DNA of 64,000 nucleotides from an uncultured delta proteobacterium (GCA_963808235.1 CAWEEQ010000004.1:1600001-1664000); one strand, 5' to 3'; shown: positions 17,812 to 28,409, counted from the first letter of the stretch. Notes: generated by a model not told the origin, from the letters alone. Numbers and translations are program-made.

Positions 17812-19020
17812 ATGCCGACGGAGACGCCCAGGGGGCCGAATATTCGCGAGCTTGAGTCGCTGCGCATTGCGCGCAGCGCGGAGCCGAAGCGCCCGAGCCG
17901 GATAATTCCGGCTGCGATTATCGTCGCGGCGATCGCGGTGCTGGGCGGCGTGGGTTGGGCGGTCTATCAGCGGACGATCGGCCGGCCGCCGGAAGTGCAG
18001 ACCGCAGTGGTGATGGTGAAGCAGGCGGGACAGGCGGGAACGGTGCTGACCGGCAGCGGATATATCGTCACGGAACACAAATATATTGTGATCGGGACCA
18101 AGATTCTCGGGCAAATCGTCGAGGAGCCGATAGAGGAAGGCAAACGGGTGAAGGTCGGCGACCTGCTGGCGCGGATCGACGATCGCGACTACCAGGCGCA
18201 ACTAAGGCAGGCGTATGCGGATCGGGACCTGGCGGAAGCCAACGTGGTGCTGAAGCAGGCGCGCGCGGAGCGACTGCGTGCACTATACAAAGAGCGTATC
18301 GAGTCCAAGGACTCGCTCGACGACGCGGAGAATCAGCTCTCGGTCGCCGAGGCGGAGCTCAAGAAGGCGGTCGGCGCGATCGATTTCGCGAAGTTCAACG
18401 TAAGTCAGACGGTGATCACCTCTCCGATCAACGGCGTGGTGCTGCAGAAGTATCGCGAAGTCGGCGACACGATTAACTATGGCGGCGTGATTCAGACCGG
18501 CGGGGGCGCGACCGATATCGCGCAACTGGCGGATCTGAGCGATCTGCGCTGCGAAGTCGATATCAACGAAAGCGATATCGCGAAGGTCACGATGGGAACG
18601 CCGGCGACGGTGATCCCCGATGCTTATCCCGATAACGAGTTCCCCGCGCAGGTGGTGAAGATTTATCCGGAGGCGGATCGGCAGAAGGGCACGGTCAAGG
18701 TCGAGGTCAGAATCCTGCAGCCGGATCTGAAAATTATCAAGCCGGAGATGAGCGCGAAGGTCACCTTCCAATCGATCACGACAACGAAGGCGGCGGCGCC
18801 GATGGTGCTGGTGCCCAAGAAAGCGATCGTCACTGAGGGCAGCGCGAATTCGGTGTGGGTGGTGCGCAATGACGCGGCGCGCTCGACCCCGGTGGTGTTG
18901 GGGCGCGAGTTCCAGGACGGCGTCGAAGTGCGGCAGGGACTCAGTGGCGGAGAGACGGTGATCGTGGTGCCGCCGCCGACGATGCGCGATGGGCAGGCGG
19001 TGACGCCAGTGGCGTCGTAG
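17812..19020 (+). CDS. Efflux periplasmic adaptor subunit (HlyD/MacA family)
   Basis: N-terminal TM; EEGKRVKVGDLLARID; ITSPINGVV; IKPEMSAKV. Confidence 0.92.
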   Translation: MPTETPRGPNIRELESLRIARSAEPKRPSRIIPAAIIVAAIAVLGGVGWAVYQRTIGRPPEVQTAVVMVKQAGQAGTVLTGSGYIVTEHKYIVIGTKILGQIVEEPIEEGKRVKVGDLLARIDDRDYQAQLRQAYADRDLAEANVVLKQARAERLRALYKERIESKDSLDDAENQLSVAEAELKKAVGAIDFAKFNVSQTVITSPINGVVLQKYREVGDTINYGGVIQTGGGATDIAQLADLSDLRCEVDINESDIAKVTMGTPATVIPDAYPDNEFPAQVVKIYPEADRQKGTVKVEVRILQPDLKIIKPEMSAKVTFQSITTTKAAAPMVLVPKKAIVTEGSANSVWVVRNDAARSTPVVLGREFQDGVEVRQGLSGGETVIVVPPPTMRDGQAVTPVAS

Positions 19021-19046
19021 GGGGAAGGGTAAATCACTTAATTTAC

Positions 19047-19150
19047 TGTGAAACCCGCGGTGGGTTTCACACTTCCTTCGGCAGGGGTGATCCCTGCACC
19101 CAGTACTAAAAGAAAGATGCGGCGCTACGCGCCTGTTCGAAGTTTGAGGG
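19047..19150 (-). repeat. Dispersed MITE/REPIN-like element with inserted GGGTGCAGGG..CCCCTG hairpin
   Basis: Same ends as copies at 9634, 10041, 13703; internal module nearly identical to 2593..2619. Confidence 0.7.
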
Positions 19151-19210
19151 CCGGAATTACCTCTCCTTGTCCGAGGAGAAGTCGTAGGATTCGAAAAAGA
19201 GGTAGAAAAA

Positions 19211-19939
19211 ATGGCGGAGACTTTTGTGCTGGTGCATGGCGCGTGGCATGGGGCTTGGTGTTGGGCGGCGGTGATCAATCACCTGGAACGACTGGGCGAT
19301 AGAGCATACGCAGTCGACCTGCCGGGGCATGGGATGAATCGCGCCGATCGCGCGAGCGTGACGCTCGACAGCTACGTGAACAGCGTCGCGGATTTTATCG
19401 AGCGACACGATTTGAAGAACGTGGTGCTCGCGGGGCATAGCCTCGGCGGGCTCACGATACCGGGCGTTGCGGCGAAGATTCCGGCGCGAATCAAACGCGT
19501 GGTGTGGGTGACGGCGATGGTCGCGCTCGACAATGAGACGATTATCGATGTCGAAAACTCTCCGCTCGCGGCGGCGGCGGATACTTTGCCGGAGCGTTCG
19601 ACACTGATCGAAAATATGGGACCGGATTTTCTGAACGGGCTCGCCAACGACATGGCGCCGGCGCTGCGCGAATACGTGCTGTCGGCATTATGCCCGCAGC
19701 CGATTGCGCCGCTCCTGGCAAAGGTGAAGATGGCGCCCTACTTCGCGACCAGGATTCCGAGCAGCTACATAGTTTGCGAGGACGATCAGACGCCGGTCGC
19801 AGGCGCACCTAATTGGCATCCGCACTTTTCGTCGCGGCTGAAAAATCCGACGCTCAAGTTTATCAAGAGCGGCCATGAAGTGATGTTTACGCATCCGGTG
19901 GAATGCGCGTGGGCGCTCCACGAGCTGGCGACGGAGTGA
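19211..19939 (+). CDS. Alpha/beta hydrolase (methylesterase-like)
   Basis: FVLVHGAWHGAWCW, GHSLGG nucleophile elbow, SGHEVMF. Confidence 0.92.
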   Translation: MAETFVLVHGAWHGAWCWAAVINHLERLGDRAYAVDLPGHGMNRADRASVTLDSYVNSVADFIERHDLKNVVLAGHSLGGLTIPGVAAKIPARIKRVVWVTAMVALDNETIIDVENSPLAAAADTLPERSTLIENMGPDFLNGLANDMAPALREYVLSALCPQPIAPLLAKVKMAPYFATRIPSSYIVCEDDQTPVAGAPNWHPHFSSRLKNPTLKFIKSGHEVMFTHPVECAWALHELATE

Positions 19940-19943
19940 CCGC

Positions 19944-21092
19944 CTAAATCCGGTAGCGGGCGAGCAAGCCGCGGGCGATCACTAGCGCCTGGATTTCGTT
20001 GGTGCCCTCGCCGATCATCATCAGCGGTGCGTCGCGGTAGAATCTTTCCACCGGGAAGTCGGCCATGAAGCCGTAGCCGCCAAGTACGCGCATCGCGTCG
20101 AGCGAGATTTTCGCGCACGCCTCGGATGCAAACAGCTTCGCCATCCCGGCCTCAACGTCGCATCGCTCGCCCGCATCTTTTTTGCGCGCGGCGTTGGCGA
20201 CCAGGAGTCGCGCGGCCTCGAGGCGGGTGCCCATGTCCGCGAGCATCAGCTGGACCGCCTGATGCTGGCAGATGGGCTTGCCGAATGCGATGCGTTGTTG
20301 CGAATAACGAATCGCGGTTTCGAAGGCGGCCTGCCCTACTCCGACGGCGCGCGCGGCGACATTGATTCGGCCGACCTCGAGCGCGCTCATCACCTGTTTG
20401 AAGCCGTTGCCCTCGACGCCGCCGATCAGATGTGACGCAGGGACGGCGAGATCGTCGAACAGAACCTCGCAAGTGTCGATTCCTTTGTAGCCGAGCTTGT
20501 CGAGATTGCGGCTGACGGTTGGGCCACGATCACTTTTTTCGACGGCGAACATACTGATGCCGGAGTAAGTGGGCTCGGCGCGGGGGTTGGTCTTGGCGGC
20601 GACCGCGAGCATCGTGCCATGGCGAGCGTTGGTGATGAACATCTTGTCGCCGGACAGCACGTACTCGTCTCCGCGGCGAGTCGCGGTGGTGCGAATCGAT
20701 TGCACGTCGCTGCCGGCATGCGGCTCGGTGAGAGCGAGACCGCCGCGTTTTTCGCCGGTGGCCATCGCGGACAGGAAGTATTTTCGCTGCGCGTCGGTGC
20801 CGTGATGCGCGATGACGTAGGCCATGATGAGGTGGCTGTTGATCACGCCGGCGAGACTCATCCATCCGCGCGACAATTCTTCCATCACGCGCGCGTAGGT
20901 GAGGAAACTGAGGCCGAGGCCGCCGAACTCAGCGGGGATGGTGGCGCCGAAGAGGCCGAGCTGACGCATCGTAGCGACCATGCGATGCGGGTACTCGTCG
21001 CGATGCTCGAGTTCGGAAGCGTGTGGGATGACGTCGCGCTCGATGAAGGCGCGAACGGCAGCGACGATGTCGCGATCTGGAAGTTCATCCAT
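19944..21092 (-). CDS. Acyl-CoA dehydrogenase
   Basis: ALTEPHAGSD, KMFITN, GGYGF..ERFYRDA..IGEGTNEIQ. Confidence 0.95.
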   Translation of the reverse strand: MDELPDRDIVAAVRAFIERDVIPHASELEHRDEYPHRMVATMRQLGLFGATIPAEFGGLGLSFLTYARVMEELSRGWMSLAGVINSHLIMAYVIAHHGTDAQRKYFLSAMATGEKRGGLALTEPHAGSDVQSIRTTATRRGDEYVLSGDKMFITNARHGTMLAVAAKTNPRAEPTYSGISMFAVEKSDRGPTVSRNLDKLGYKGIDTCEVLFDDLAVPASHLIGGVEGNGFKQVMSALEVGRINVAARAVGVGQAAFETAIRYSQQRIAFGKPICQHQAVQLMLADMGTRLEAARLLVANAARKKDAGERCDVEAGMAKLFASEACAKISLDAMRVLGGYGFMADFPVERFYRDAPLMMIGEGTNEIQALVIARGLLARYRI

Positions 21093-21193
21093 TACATCAA
21101 CTCCTAAGAATCGGCATCCGCGAGTATAGCTGGCACTGGTTTAGCAAACGGCTGCGCCGATGCGCCATCGCGGGCGTGGTGCTCGAGGCTGTC

Positions 21194-21242
21194 TTGCATC
21201 GGGGGGCGAGGCGTTCTAGAGTAAGTGTCAGATTGACGCAAA
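21194..21242 (+). promoter_or_regulatory. nadA sigma70 promoter with overlapping NrtR operator
   Basis: TTGCAT-N17-TAGAGT (21194..21222) followed by TAAGTGTCAGATTGACGCAAA, the GT-N7-AC palindrome typical of NrtR. Confidence 0.7.
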
Positions 21243-21278
21243 GTAGGGCAATTCGAGAAGTCGTGCGTATTTAGAGGA

Positions 21279-22298
21279 TTGGTTATGGACGTATCAACAG
21301 AAAGCGCGGTGACCGGAGCGGGGTTGCATCGGAAGCTCGAGGCGCTTGGAAACGAGAGTTATACGATCGAGGCATGCGAGCGTTATGCGGGCATGATCGA
21401 CGAGATCAGGCGGCTGAAGGTGCAGCGGCGGGCGGTGGTGCTCGCGCACAATTATCAGCGGCCGGAGATTTTCGAGGTTGCGGATTTTATCGGCGATTCG
21501 CTGGAGCTGGCGCGCAATGCTCGCGATGTGCGCGACGCGGAGGTGATCGTTTTCTGCGGAGTTCACTTCATGGCGGAGACGGCGAAGGTCTTCAATCCGG
21601 GGCGCAAGGTGCTGCTGCCCGACATGAAGGCGGGATGCTCGCTTGCGGACAGCGTGACGGCCGATGCGCTGGCGGAGCGCAAGGAAGAGCTGCTCAAGAT
21701 TTATCCCGATCTCAAAGTTGTTTCGTACGTCAACTGCACCGCCGACGTGAAGGCGCTTTCCGATGCGTGCTGCACCTCGGCCAACGCGACGAAGATCGTG
21801 GAGCGGATCGACTCGAACAACGTGCTGTTCGTGCCGGATCAGAATCTCGCCAACTACGTGCAAGGGCAGACGAGCAAACGGATAATTTCATGGGACGGAA
21901 ACTGTTACGTTCATCATCAGATAACTCCGGAGGAAGTAAACAAGGTCAAGCGCGCGATTCCGGGAATCAAGGTGATCGCGCATCCGGAGTGCCGGCGCGA
22001 CGTGCTCGCGATTGCGGACGCGGTGTTGTCGACCAGCGCGATGGTCCGCTATGCGAAAGAAAGCGACGCGGACAAATTCCTGGTGGTGACGGAATGCGGG
22101 CTGTCGGATCGGCTCCTGATGGAGATTCCGGACAAGCATTTTTACAAGGCGTGCAAACTATGCCGGTTCATGAAGATGATCACGCTCGAGGGGACGCTCG
22201 ATTCGCTGCGGCATCTGCGCTACGAAATCGAACTCAGCGAAGAAGTGCGCGAGGGCGCGAAACGTGCGCTCGAGAAGATGCTCGAGCTGAGCGCCTAG
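21279..22298 (+). CDS. nadA: Quinolinate synthase
   Basis: LAHNYQRPEI, GDSLELA, FCGVHFMAETAK, AGCSLA, AHPEC. Confidence 0.96.
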   Translation: MVMDVSTESAVTGAGLHRKLEALGNESYTIEACERYAGMIDEIRRLKVQRRAVVLAHNYQRPEIFEVADFIGDSLELARNARDVRDAEVIVFCGVHFMAETAKVFNPGRKVLLPDMKAGCSLADSVTADALAERKEELLKIYPDLKVVSYVNCTADVKALSDACCTSANATKIVERIDSNNVLFVPDQNLANYVQGQTSKRIISWDGNCYVHHQITPEEVNKVKRAIPGIKVIAHPECRRDVLAIADAVLSTSAMVRYAKESDADKFLVVTECGLSDRLLMEIPDKHFYKACKLCRFMKMITLEGTLDSLRHLRYEIELSEEVREGAKRALEKMLELSA

Positions 22299-22318
22299 GC
22301 GGGAATGCGCGGGCAATC

Positions 22319-22981
22319 GTGAGCGGCGAATTGGCGCGGCCGATGGTCGCGGTCGATACGGTGCTGTTCGCGATCAACGAAGCCCGCCTGCAGACCTACC
22401 TGGTGGAGCTGAGGCGCGGGCCGGGGCGCGGGCGATGGGCGTTTCCGGGCGGCTTGGTGCGGCGCGGCGAAATGCTCGACGATGCGGCGCGGCGCGAGCT
22501 GCACGAGTCGACCGGACTTCGCGGCGCGTACCTGGAGCAGCTCTTCACGTTTGGAGATCCTTCGCGCGATCCTCGCGCGCACGTGGTATCGGTCGCGTAC
22601 ATGGCGCTGATCCCGGTGGCAGAAGCGGTCAAGGCGCCGTGCGACAAGTATGCGAACGGACGATGGTACAACGTGACGCAATTGCCGGAGCTGGCTTACG
22701 ACCATTCGCTGATGGCGGCGTACGCGGTGAAGCGGCTCAAGTCGAAGCTCGAGTACACCAATATCGCCAACGCGCTCTTGCCGCGCGAATTCACGTTTGC
22801 GGAGTTCGAGGAGCTGTATGCGCTGATCCTCGGACGTCCGCTCGATCGACGAAACTTCCGGCGGCGGATTTTGGCGATGAATATCCTGAAACGACTGCCG
22901 CACACGCGACGGGGACCTCATCGGCCGGCCGCGCTATATAGTTTTGCGCAGCAAAGCCTTAGATTCATCGAGATGCTATAA
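22319..22981 (+). CDS. nrtR: NrtR-type NUDIX/wHTH NAD regulator
   Basis: WAFPGG..ARRELHESTG Nudix box; EQLFTFGDPSRDPR; LAYDH; DRRNFRRRI; RPAALY; adjacent to nadA; GTG at 22319. Confidence 0.85.
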   Translation: MSGELARPMVAVDTVLFAINEARLQTYLVELRRGPGRGRWAFPGGLVRRGEMLDDAARRELHESTGLRGAYLEQLFTFGDPSRDPRAHVVSVAYMALIPVAEAVKAPCDKYANGRWYNVTQLPELAYDHSLMAAYAVKRLKSKLEYTNIANALLPREFTFAEFEELYALILGRPLDRRNFRRRILAMNILKRLPHTRRGPHRPAALYSFAQQSLRFIEML

Positions 22982-23002
22982 TTTCGGGCGCGGGAGTAAT
23001 TC

Positions 23003-23419
23003 ATGTTCAAGGGTTTCAAGGGAATAACTGTGCTCGTGGTGGGCGCGGTTTTGGTGGTCGCGGTGGCATATGGCGGCTACGTCTCGACCCAGGAGACGGC
23101 GCCGGGGATGGTGGAAGTAGCGGATCCGGTGCGGCAATTGCGGGTGACGCTCGATCCGAAAAATTTCCAGGGCCAGGTGCGGGAGGCGTACGAAGCCGCC
23201 GAGCGCGACCCCGCGCTGCTCGCGCAATTGCATTGCTACTGCGGCTGCGACAAGACCGACGGGCATAAGAACCTGCTCGACTGTTTCCGCGATAACCATG
23301 GCAGCACCTGTCCCATCTGCACGGGCGAGGCGCGCGATGCGGAGGCGATGGCGAACCGGGGCGTTCCAGTCGAACAAATCCGCGACGCGCTGCGTGCGCG
23401 CTACGCTCACGGGGGCTGA
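23003..23419 (+). CDS. PCYCGC-motif membrane-anchored protein
   Basis: N-terminal TM; HCYCGC..H..LLDCF..HG..CPIC. Confidence 0.8.
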   Translation: MFKGFKGITVLVVGAVLVVAVAYGGYVSTQETAPGMVEVADPVRQLRVTLDPKNFQGQVREAYEAAERDPALLAQLHCYCGCDKTDGHKNLLDCFRDNHGSTCPICTGEARDAEAMANRGVPVEQIRDALRARYAHGG

Positions 23420-23422
23420 GGT

Positions 23423-24037
23423 TTGGTCGGGCTGATATCGGCGTATATCGAACACTTCACGTATCTCGGATTGTTCGTGGTCTTGATGCTGTGCGGACTT
23501 GGGCTGCCCATTCCGGAGGATGTCGCGTTGCTGGCGGGTGGCTACATGGTGCATCGCGGGGTCACGCGGTATCCGATCACGCTGGCGGTGGCGTTTGTCG
23601 GCGTGGTTGCGGGCGACAACTCGCTGTTTTTTATGGGGCGGCGCTTCGGCACGGGATGGGTGCGGTATTTTGGAATTGGGCGGCCGGGGCGGCAGATCCA
23701 AATCGAGCGGATTCAGAAATTCATGCAGCGCCATGGGCATCGCGCGATTTTCTATGCGCGGTTCCTGGCGGGTCTGCGCGCGTTGATTTACCTGTCGGCG
23801 GGATCTTTCGGGGTGCGGCCGGGGGTGTTTTTAATTTACGATTTGCTGGGCGCGCTGATCTCGGTGCCGATAGTGGTGACGCTCGGCTATGTCTTCGGCA
23901 AGCAGCTTGAGATGGTGGTCCGATACGTGGGCGGCTTCGAGCGGCTGATCGTGATCGTTGCCGTGCTGAGCGCGCTGGTATACGGCACGCGGATGTTCGT
24001 GATGAGAAAAACGCCGACTGATGTGAAGGCCGGATAG
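23423..24037 (+). CDS. DedA family membrane protein
   Basis: GLPIPED..LLAGG, GDNSLFFMGR, ARFLAGLR. Confidence 0.92.
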   Translation: MVGLISAYIEHFTYLGLFVVLMLCGLGLPIPEDVALLAGGYMVHRGVTRYPITLAVAFVGVVAGDNSLFFMGRRFGTGWVRYFGIGRPGRQIQIERIQKFMQRHGHRAIFYARFLAGLRALIYLSAGSFGVRPGVFLIYDLLGALISVPIVVTLGYVFGKQLEMVVRYVGGFERLIVIVAVLSALVYGTRMFVMRKTPTDVKAG

Positions 24038-24135
24038 CGGAAACTTAACCCCTCTACCGCGACGCCTATAAGGGCGTGGTGCTCAACTTGAAAGCGCTGC
24101 CAATGACGGTTTGGTTTCAGATATAAATATAGGCG

Positions 24136-25641
24136 TTGAATCTTACTGCGCTAAAGTTGCCTGCGCTTAATCTCAAGGCGAAGCTGATCGTGTTGATGGT
24201 CGGGCTGCTAGGCCTGACGCTTGGCGCCGAGGTGTGGATCAGTCTCGGGACGCAGGAAGCGATCGTCGCGGAGACGCAAGAGAAGGTCAAAGATCTTGCG
24301 CGGGTGATCCAGATCAGCGTGCAGGAACTGACTGCGGTTGGAGACACCGATCGCGACCGGCTTAACAGCTACGTAAAGAATCTGCACACGATGGGACTCG
24401 AAGTATCGATCGCGTCGAGTCAGAACCTGATCATCAACAGTTCGAATCCGCATCTGATCGGGGCGGCGCTCCGGCCCAAGCAGGCCGAGTGGCTGACCCC
24501 CGAGCAACTGAAGCATCCCGACGCCCTGGTGACGATTCCGGCCGGCAAGCTGGGGCCGCTCGCGCCGGAGACGACGGTGTACCTGATCCCGGTCGAGGTC
24601 GAGGATCATCTGCTGGGCTACGTGCAGGTGGTCGCGAATTTTGCGGACTTCGCGCAGCCGCTGGCGGAGAATCGCACCCGGCAACTGATGATCGCGTTTG
24701 CGATTTTCACGATCGGGCTGGTGTTCGCGTATATCCTTGCCGATCGATACGTGAAGCCGATTCATGCGGTCGCGAACGCGGCGCAGAATATTGCCGCGCG
24801 CGGACTGGAGCCGGTGCCGGAGGCGCATCGGCGCGACGAAATCGGGCTCCTGACGCGAAGCTTCAACGACATGGTTGGGCAGTTGCGGCATGCGCGCGAG
24901 CGGGAGCATGAGCTTAACCGGCTCGAGCGATTTACCGCACTCGGGCAGCTGGCCGGCGGTCTCGCGCATGAGATCAAGAACCCGCTGAATTTTATCAGTC
25001 TGGCGCTCGACCAGTTGCGCGCGCGTTATGCGCCGCAGCAAGCGCCGGATCGCGAAGCGTTTCTGCATCAGCTGGTGATCATGAAGGACGAGATGCGTCG
25101 CCTGTCGGAGCTGGTGCAGAGCTTTCTGCATTACGGCCGCCCAATTGAAATTTTTCCGGCGCCCATCGATGTGCATCTGCTGGTCGATGGGGTGGTCGCG
25201 CTGTCGGAATCGAAAATGAAGAGCCAGGGGATCGATCTCGTCGAAGAGGGCAAGGACGTGCCCGGGATAATGAACGCGGACGCGGAAAAACTGCGCACCT
25301 GTTTTATCAACGTGGTCGCCAACGCAATCCAGGCGATGCCGGACGGCGGGACGATGCGAATCTCGTTTCGGCGCGTCGACAACGCGATGATGATAACCTT
25401 CTCGGACACGGGAGCGGGAATCGAGGCGGAGGTGGTGAATCATGTTTTCGAGCCATTCTTCACCACCAAGCGCGAGGGAATCGGGCTTGGGCTTTTTCTT
25501 TCGCGCGCGATCGTCGAGTCGCACGGCGGCTCGATCGTGATCGGGCCGAATTCCGACGGACCGGGAACGATGGTAAGTTTCAGCTTCCCGCTCAGCGCGG
25601 TGCAGGAACATCATGACGCAGGCATCAGTACTGGTCGTTGA
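24136..25641 (+). CDS. Sensor histidine kinase (2 TM, HAMP, HisKA, HATPase)
   Basis: DEIGLL HAMP; LAHEIKNPL; FEPFFTTK..GIGLGL. Confidence 0.95.
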   Translation: MNLTALKLPALNLKAKLIVLMVGLLGLTLGAEVWISLGTQEAIVAETQEKVKDLARVIQISVQELTAVGDTDRDRLNSYVKNLHTMGLEVSIASSQNLIINSSNPHLIGAALRPKQAEWLTPEQLKHPDALVTIPAGKLGPLAPETTVYLIPVEVEDHLLGYVQVVANFADFAQPLAENRTRQLMIAFAIFTIGLVFAYILADRYVKPIHAVANAAQNIAARGLEPVPEAHRRDEIGLLTRSFNDMVGQLRHAREREHELNRLERFTALGQLAGGLAHEIKNPLNFISLALDQLRARYAPQQAPDREAFLHQLVIMKDEMRRLSELVQSFLHYGRPIEIFPAPIDVHLLVDGVVALSESKMKSQGIDLVEEGKDVPGIMNADAEKLRTCFINVVANAIQAMPDGGTMRISFRRVDNAMMITFSDTGAGIEAEVVNHVFEPFFTTKREGIGLGLFLSRAIVESHGGSIVIGPNSDGPGTMVSFSFPLSAVQEHHDAGISTGR

Positions 25642-27031
25642 AGATAACGACCTCGAACGGCAGATAACCGCGGACACGCTGCGCGAAGAAGGCTTCGCGG
25701 TCGAGGAAGCGGCGGTGGGAAAGCGGGCGATGGAGCTGCTCGCGCTGTCGCGCTTCGACGTGGTGTTGACCGACCTGATGATGCCGGGAATGTCGGGCGA
25801 GGAGCTGCTGGCGAAAGTTCGCGGCGCATATCCGGGCAGCCAGGTGGTGGTGCTGACGGCGCACGGAACGATCGACAGCGCGGTGCAGTCGATGAAGACC
25901 GGCGCCTTCTACTACCTGACCAAGCCGACCGATCGCGAGACGCTGGTGATGACGGTGGCGAAGGCGGCGGAGCTCGCGAATCTGCAGGCGGAGAATCAAC
26001 TGCTGAAGCGGCGGCTCGAAGGCAAGTTCGAGATCGAGGGAATTATCGGGCAAGACCCGGCGATCCAGGAAGTGATCCGGCTGGTGCGCCGGGTCGCGCC
26101 GTCCAATTCGACGGTATTGATCCAGGGCGAGAGCGGAACCGGAAAGGAAGTCGTGGCGAAGGCGATCCATCGGTTGTCGCCGCGTGCGGCGCGTCAGTTC
26201 GTGGCGATCAATTGCTCGGCGATTCCCGACAGTCTGATCGAGAACGAGCTGTTCGGGCATGAGCGGGGAGCCTTTACCGGAGCCAACGAGCGCAAGATCG
26301 GTCTTTTCGAGAGTGCCGACAAGTCGACGCTCTTTCTCGACGAGATCGCGGATTTGCCGCAGGCTCTGCAGGCGAAAATTTTGCGCGTGCTGCAGGAAAA
26401 AGAACTGCGCCGGGTCGGCGGCAACGATTCCTTTCGTATCGACGTGCGGCTGGTGGCGGCGAGCAATCGCAACCTTGCCGAGGAGGTCGGTGAGGGCCGC
26501 TTCCGGGAGGATCTCTATTACCGGGTGAATGTGGTGACGGTGACACTGCCGCCGCTGCGCGATCGGCGCGGCGATATTCCGCTGCTGGCGAATCACGCGC
26601 TGGCGAAGTTTGGGCATCTGGCGGAAGAACGGGTCAAGGAAATCAGCCGCGAGGCGATGGAAGTGCTGCTCGATTACTCGTGGCCGGGAAACGTGCGGCA
26701 ACTCGAGTCGGCAATCGAGCGCGCGATTCTGCTCTGCGAGGGCGACAGAGTGATGCCGCGAGATTTGCCGCAGGAAGTCCTCTCGCGTAAGACGCCGGCG
26801 AAGCCCGGCGACCGTCAACGCGGCGACAAGTTCGAGATTCCGAGCGAGGGCTTCAATTTCGAGACGTTCGAGCGCGACGCAATCGTGCAGGCGCTCGAGC
26901 GCAACGACTGGGTGATCGCGAAGGCGGCCAAGATGCTCACGATGAGTTATCGGACGTTGCAATACCGGATCGAAAAGTTCGGCCTCAAGCGCGGGGAGCA
27001 GCCCAAGCCGCCGTCGGCGGAAGCGAAGTGA
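25613..27031 (+). CDS. sigma54-dependent response regulator (NtrC/ZraR family)
   Basis: REC domain; GESGTGKE; GAFTGA; WPGNVRQL; C-terminal HTH. Confidence 0.95.
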   Translation: MTQASVLVVEDNDLERQITADTLREEGFAVEEAAVGKRAMELLALSRFDVVLTDLMMPGMSGEELLAKVRGAYPGSQVVVLTAHGTIDSAVQSMKTGAFYYLTKPTDRETLVMTVAKAAELANLQAENQLLKRRLEGKFEIEGIIGQDPAIQEVIRLVRRVAPSNSTVLIQGESGTGKEVVAKAIHRLSPRAARQFVAINCSAIPDSLIENELFGHERGAFTGANERKIGLFESADKSTLFLDEIADLPQALQAKILRVLQEKELRRVGGNDSFRIDVRLVAASNRNLAEEVGEGRFREDLYYRVNVVTVTLPPLRDRRGDIPLLANHALAKFGHLAEERVKEISREAMEVLLDYSWPGNVRQLESAIERAILLCEGDRVMPRDLPQEVLSRKTPAKPGDRQRGDKFEIPSEGFNFETFERDAIVQALERNDWVIAKAAKMLTMSYRTLQYRIEKFGLKRGEQPKPPSAEAK

Positions 27032-27081
27032 CGCAGGCGGACGAGGTCATTATTCCCGCTTCCCGTTTCACTTTTCATTTT

Positions 27082-27426
27082 TCATTTTTCACTTTTCACG
27101 TTCGCCCATTCGGTCGGTAGATAAGTCCAGCATTCGAGCCGGCTCGAGTCGGCGGTGAGCACCTCGATCCGCTCGCGGGTGTAGAGGCGCGGCACTTCCT
27201 CGTAAGCGTCCAGGATGGCGAGGTCGCGCGAACCGAGGCCTTCGAGGATTGCGCCGTCGGTGATCGCGCCCCCTTGAGCGACGACGAAATGATAACGCTT
27301 CTGCCCGCGCCGGTAGCCATGGAGCCATGCCGGGGAAGCTTCGATCGGGCGGCCGAGCAGTTCGACGCGCTTGGCCGGATTCATCAGCGAGCCGTACACA
27401 AAGAGGATTTGTTCGTCGTCATGCAT
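27082..27426 (-). CDS. Gamma-glutamylcyclotransferase (AIG2-like) family protein
   Basis: LFVYGSLM..LDAYE..Y.R; the ORF's upstream extension overlaps the opposite-strand gene and is unlikely. Confidence 0.85.
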   Translation of the reverse strand: MHDDEQILFVYGSLMNPAKRVELLGRPIEASPAWLHGYRRGQKRYHFVVAQGGAITDGAILEGLGSRDLAILDAYEEVPRLYTRERIEVLTADSSRLECWTYLPTEWANVKSEK

Positions 27427-27531
27427 AGTCGCCATGTCACCATGCGGCGGCGTAAGTGGAAAGAATATGCATTCCAGTATTGCCGCAAATGTCGGTAGTA
27501 TGTTAGCTCCACAGTGAGGTTGGAGAATCTG

Positions 27532-27996
27532 ATGATGACGCCGAGAATTTTTATGGCGCGAACGGTTTTGGGCGTGTTGATGCTTTCCGCGGTCGCGTGC
27601 TCGACCACAAAAAGCGGGACCTTGAGCGCCGGTATGACGCCCGATCAGACGGTTCAGGCGATGGGCCAGCCCGATCTGAAGGACAACATCGCAGATCCAA
27701 ATCATAGCGGCGCGAGCGTGTTGCGCTACGTATGGCTCGATACGGGCAAGGCCGCGATTTTCGGCTCCGACGAGCGGGTCGCGAGTATCCAGGACGTCGA
27801 AACCAATACCAAGCAGCACGTCGAGCAGCAGGCGCGGGCGCAGGCTGCTCCGCAGGAATTCGATCCGATTAACACTCCGCTCAACTACATGTTTTTTCCG
27901 TTCAAAGCGGGGCTGACTTACCTGGGTGCGGGCGTGAACTGCGTAGGAGGCGGTGGCTGTCAGAGGCCGGAGCTTCCTCCGCCGTCGGCCAGTTAG
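27532..27996 (+). CDS. Lipoprotein with SmpA/BamE-like repeat
   Basis: Lipobox-like SAVAC; GMTPDQTVQAMGQPD. Confidence 0.7.
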   Translation: MMTPRIFMARTVLGVLMLSAVACSTTKSGTLSAGMTPDQTVQAMGQPDLKDNIADPNHSGASVLRYVWLDTGKAAIFGSDERVASIQDVETNTKQHVEQQARAQAAPQEFDPINTPLNYMFFPFKAGLTYLGAGVNCVGGGGCQRPELPPPSAS

Positions 27997-28409
27997 ATTT
28001 GGCTAGATGGATTCGGCGAGCCGGATTCGCCGGACGGAACGAACCTGGAACGGGAAAAGGCGAAGGCCCCCCTTCACCTTCACCATTCGAGAGTCATTTC
28101 ATGTGAGAACCAGAGCCGGGCGGCGGTTCAGAAGATACGCGGCCTGGTGAAATCTTCACACTTGCCGCCTTTTGGGACGTTCGCAGATGACGATTCCGTG
28201 CCACATTTCGACCACCAGATGTGAGCATAATCAAGTCAATCTGTTAATACAAGATAACAAGCCGACGGATCACGCCGTCAAGGCTTGCAACTCGCACGGC
28301 CGTCATCCTACACTACTTGTTCATAACGGCCGTTTGGTCCAGCCGAACGATTGTTAGACAGAACCTTCAACCAACACTCCGACAAACGGGACGAGCGGAA
28401 AAATCAACC

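Noticed and set aside
21131-21146. TGGCACTGGTTTAGCA as a sigma54 promoter for nadA
   Set aside because: Spacing fits, but a sigma70 promoter with an NrtR site explains the locus and there is no independent support
21374-22318. 535-aa ORF 21374..22981 as a long fusion protein
   Set aside because: The first 315 codons are an R/G-rich shadow frame over nadA; only the part from GTG 22319 has NrtR motifs
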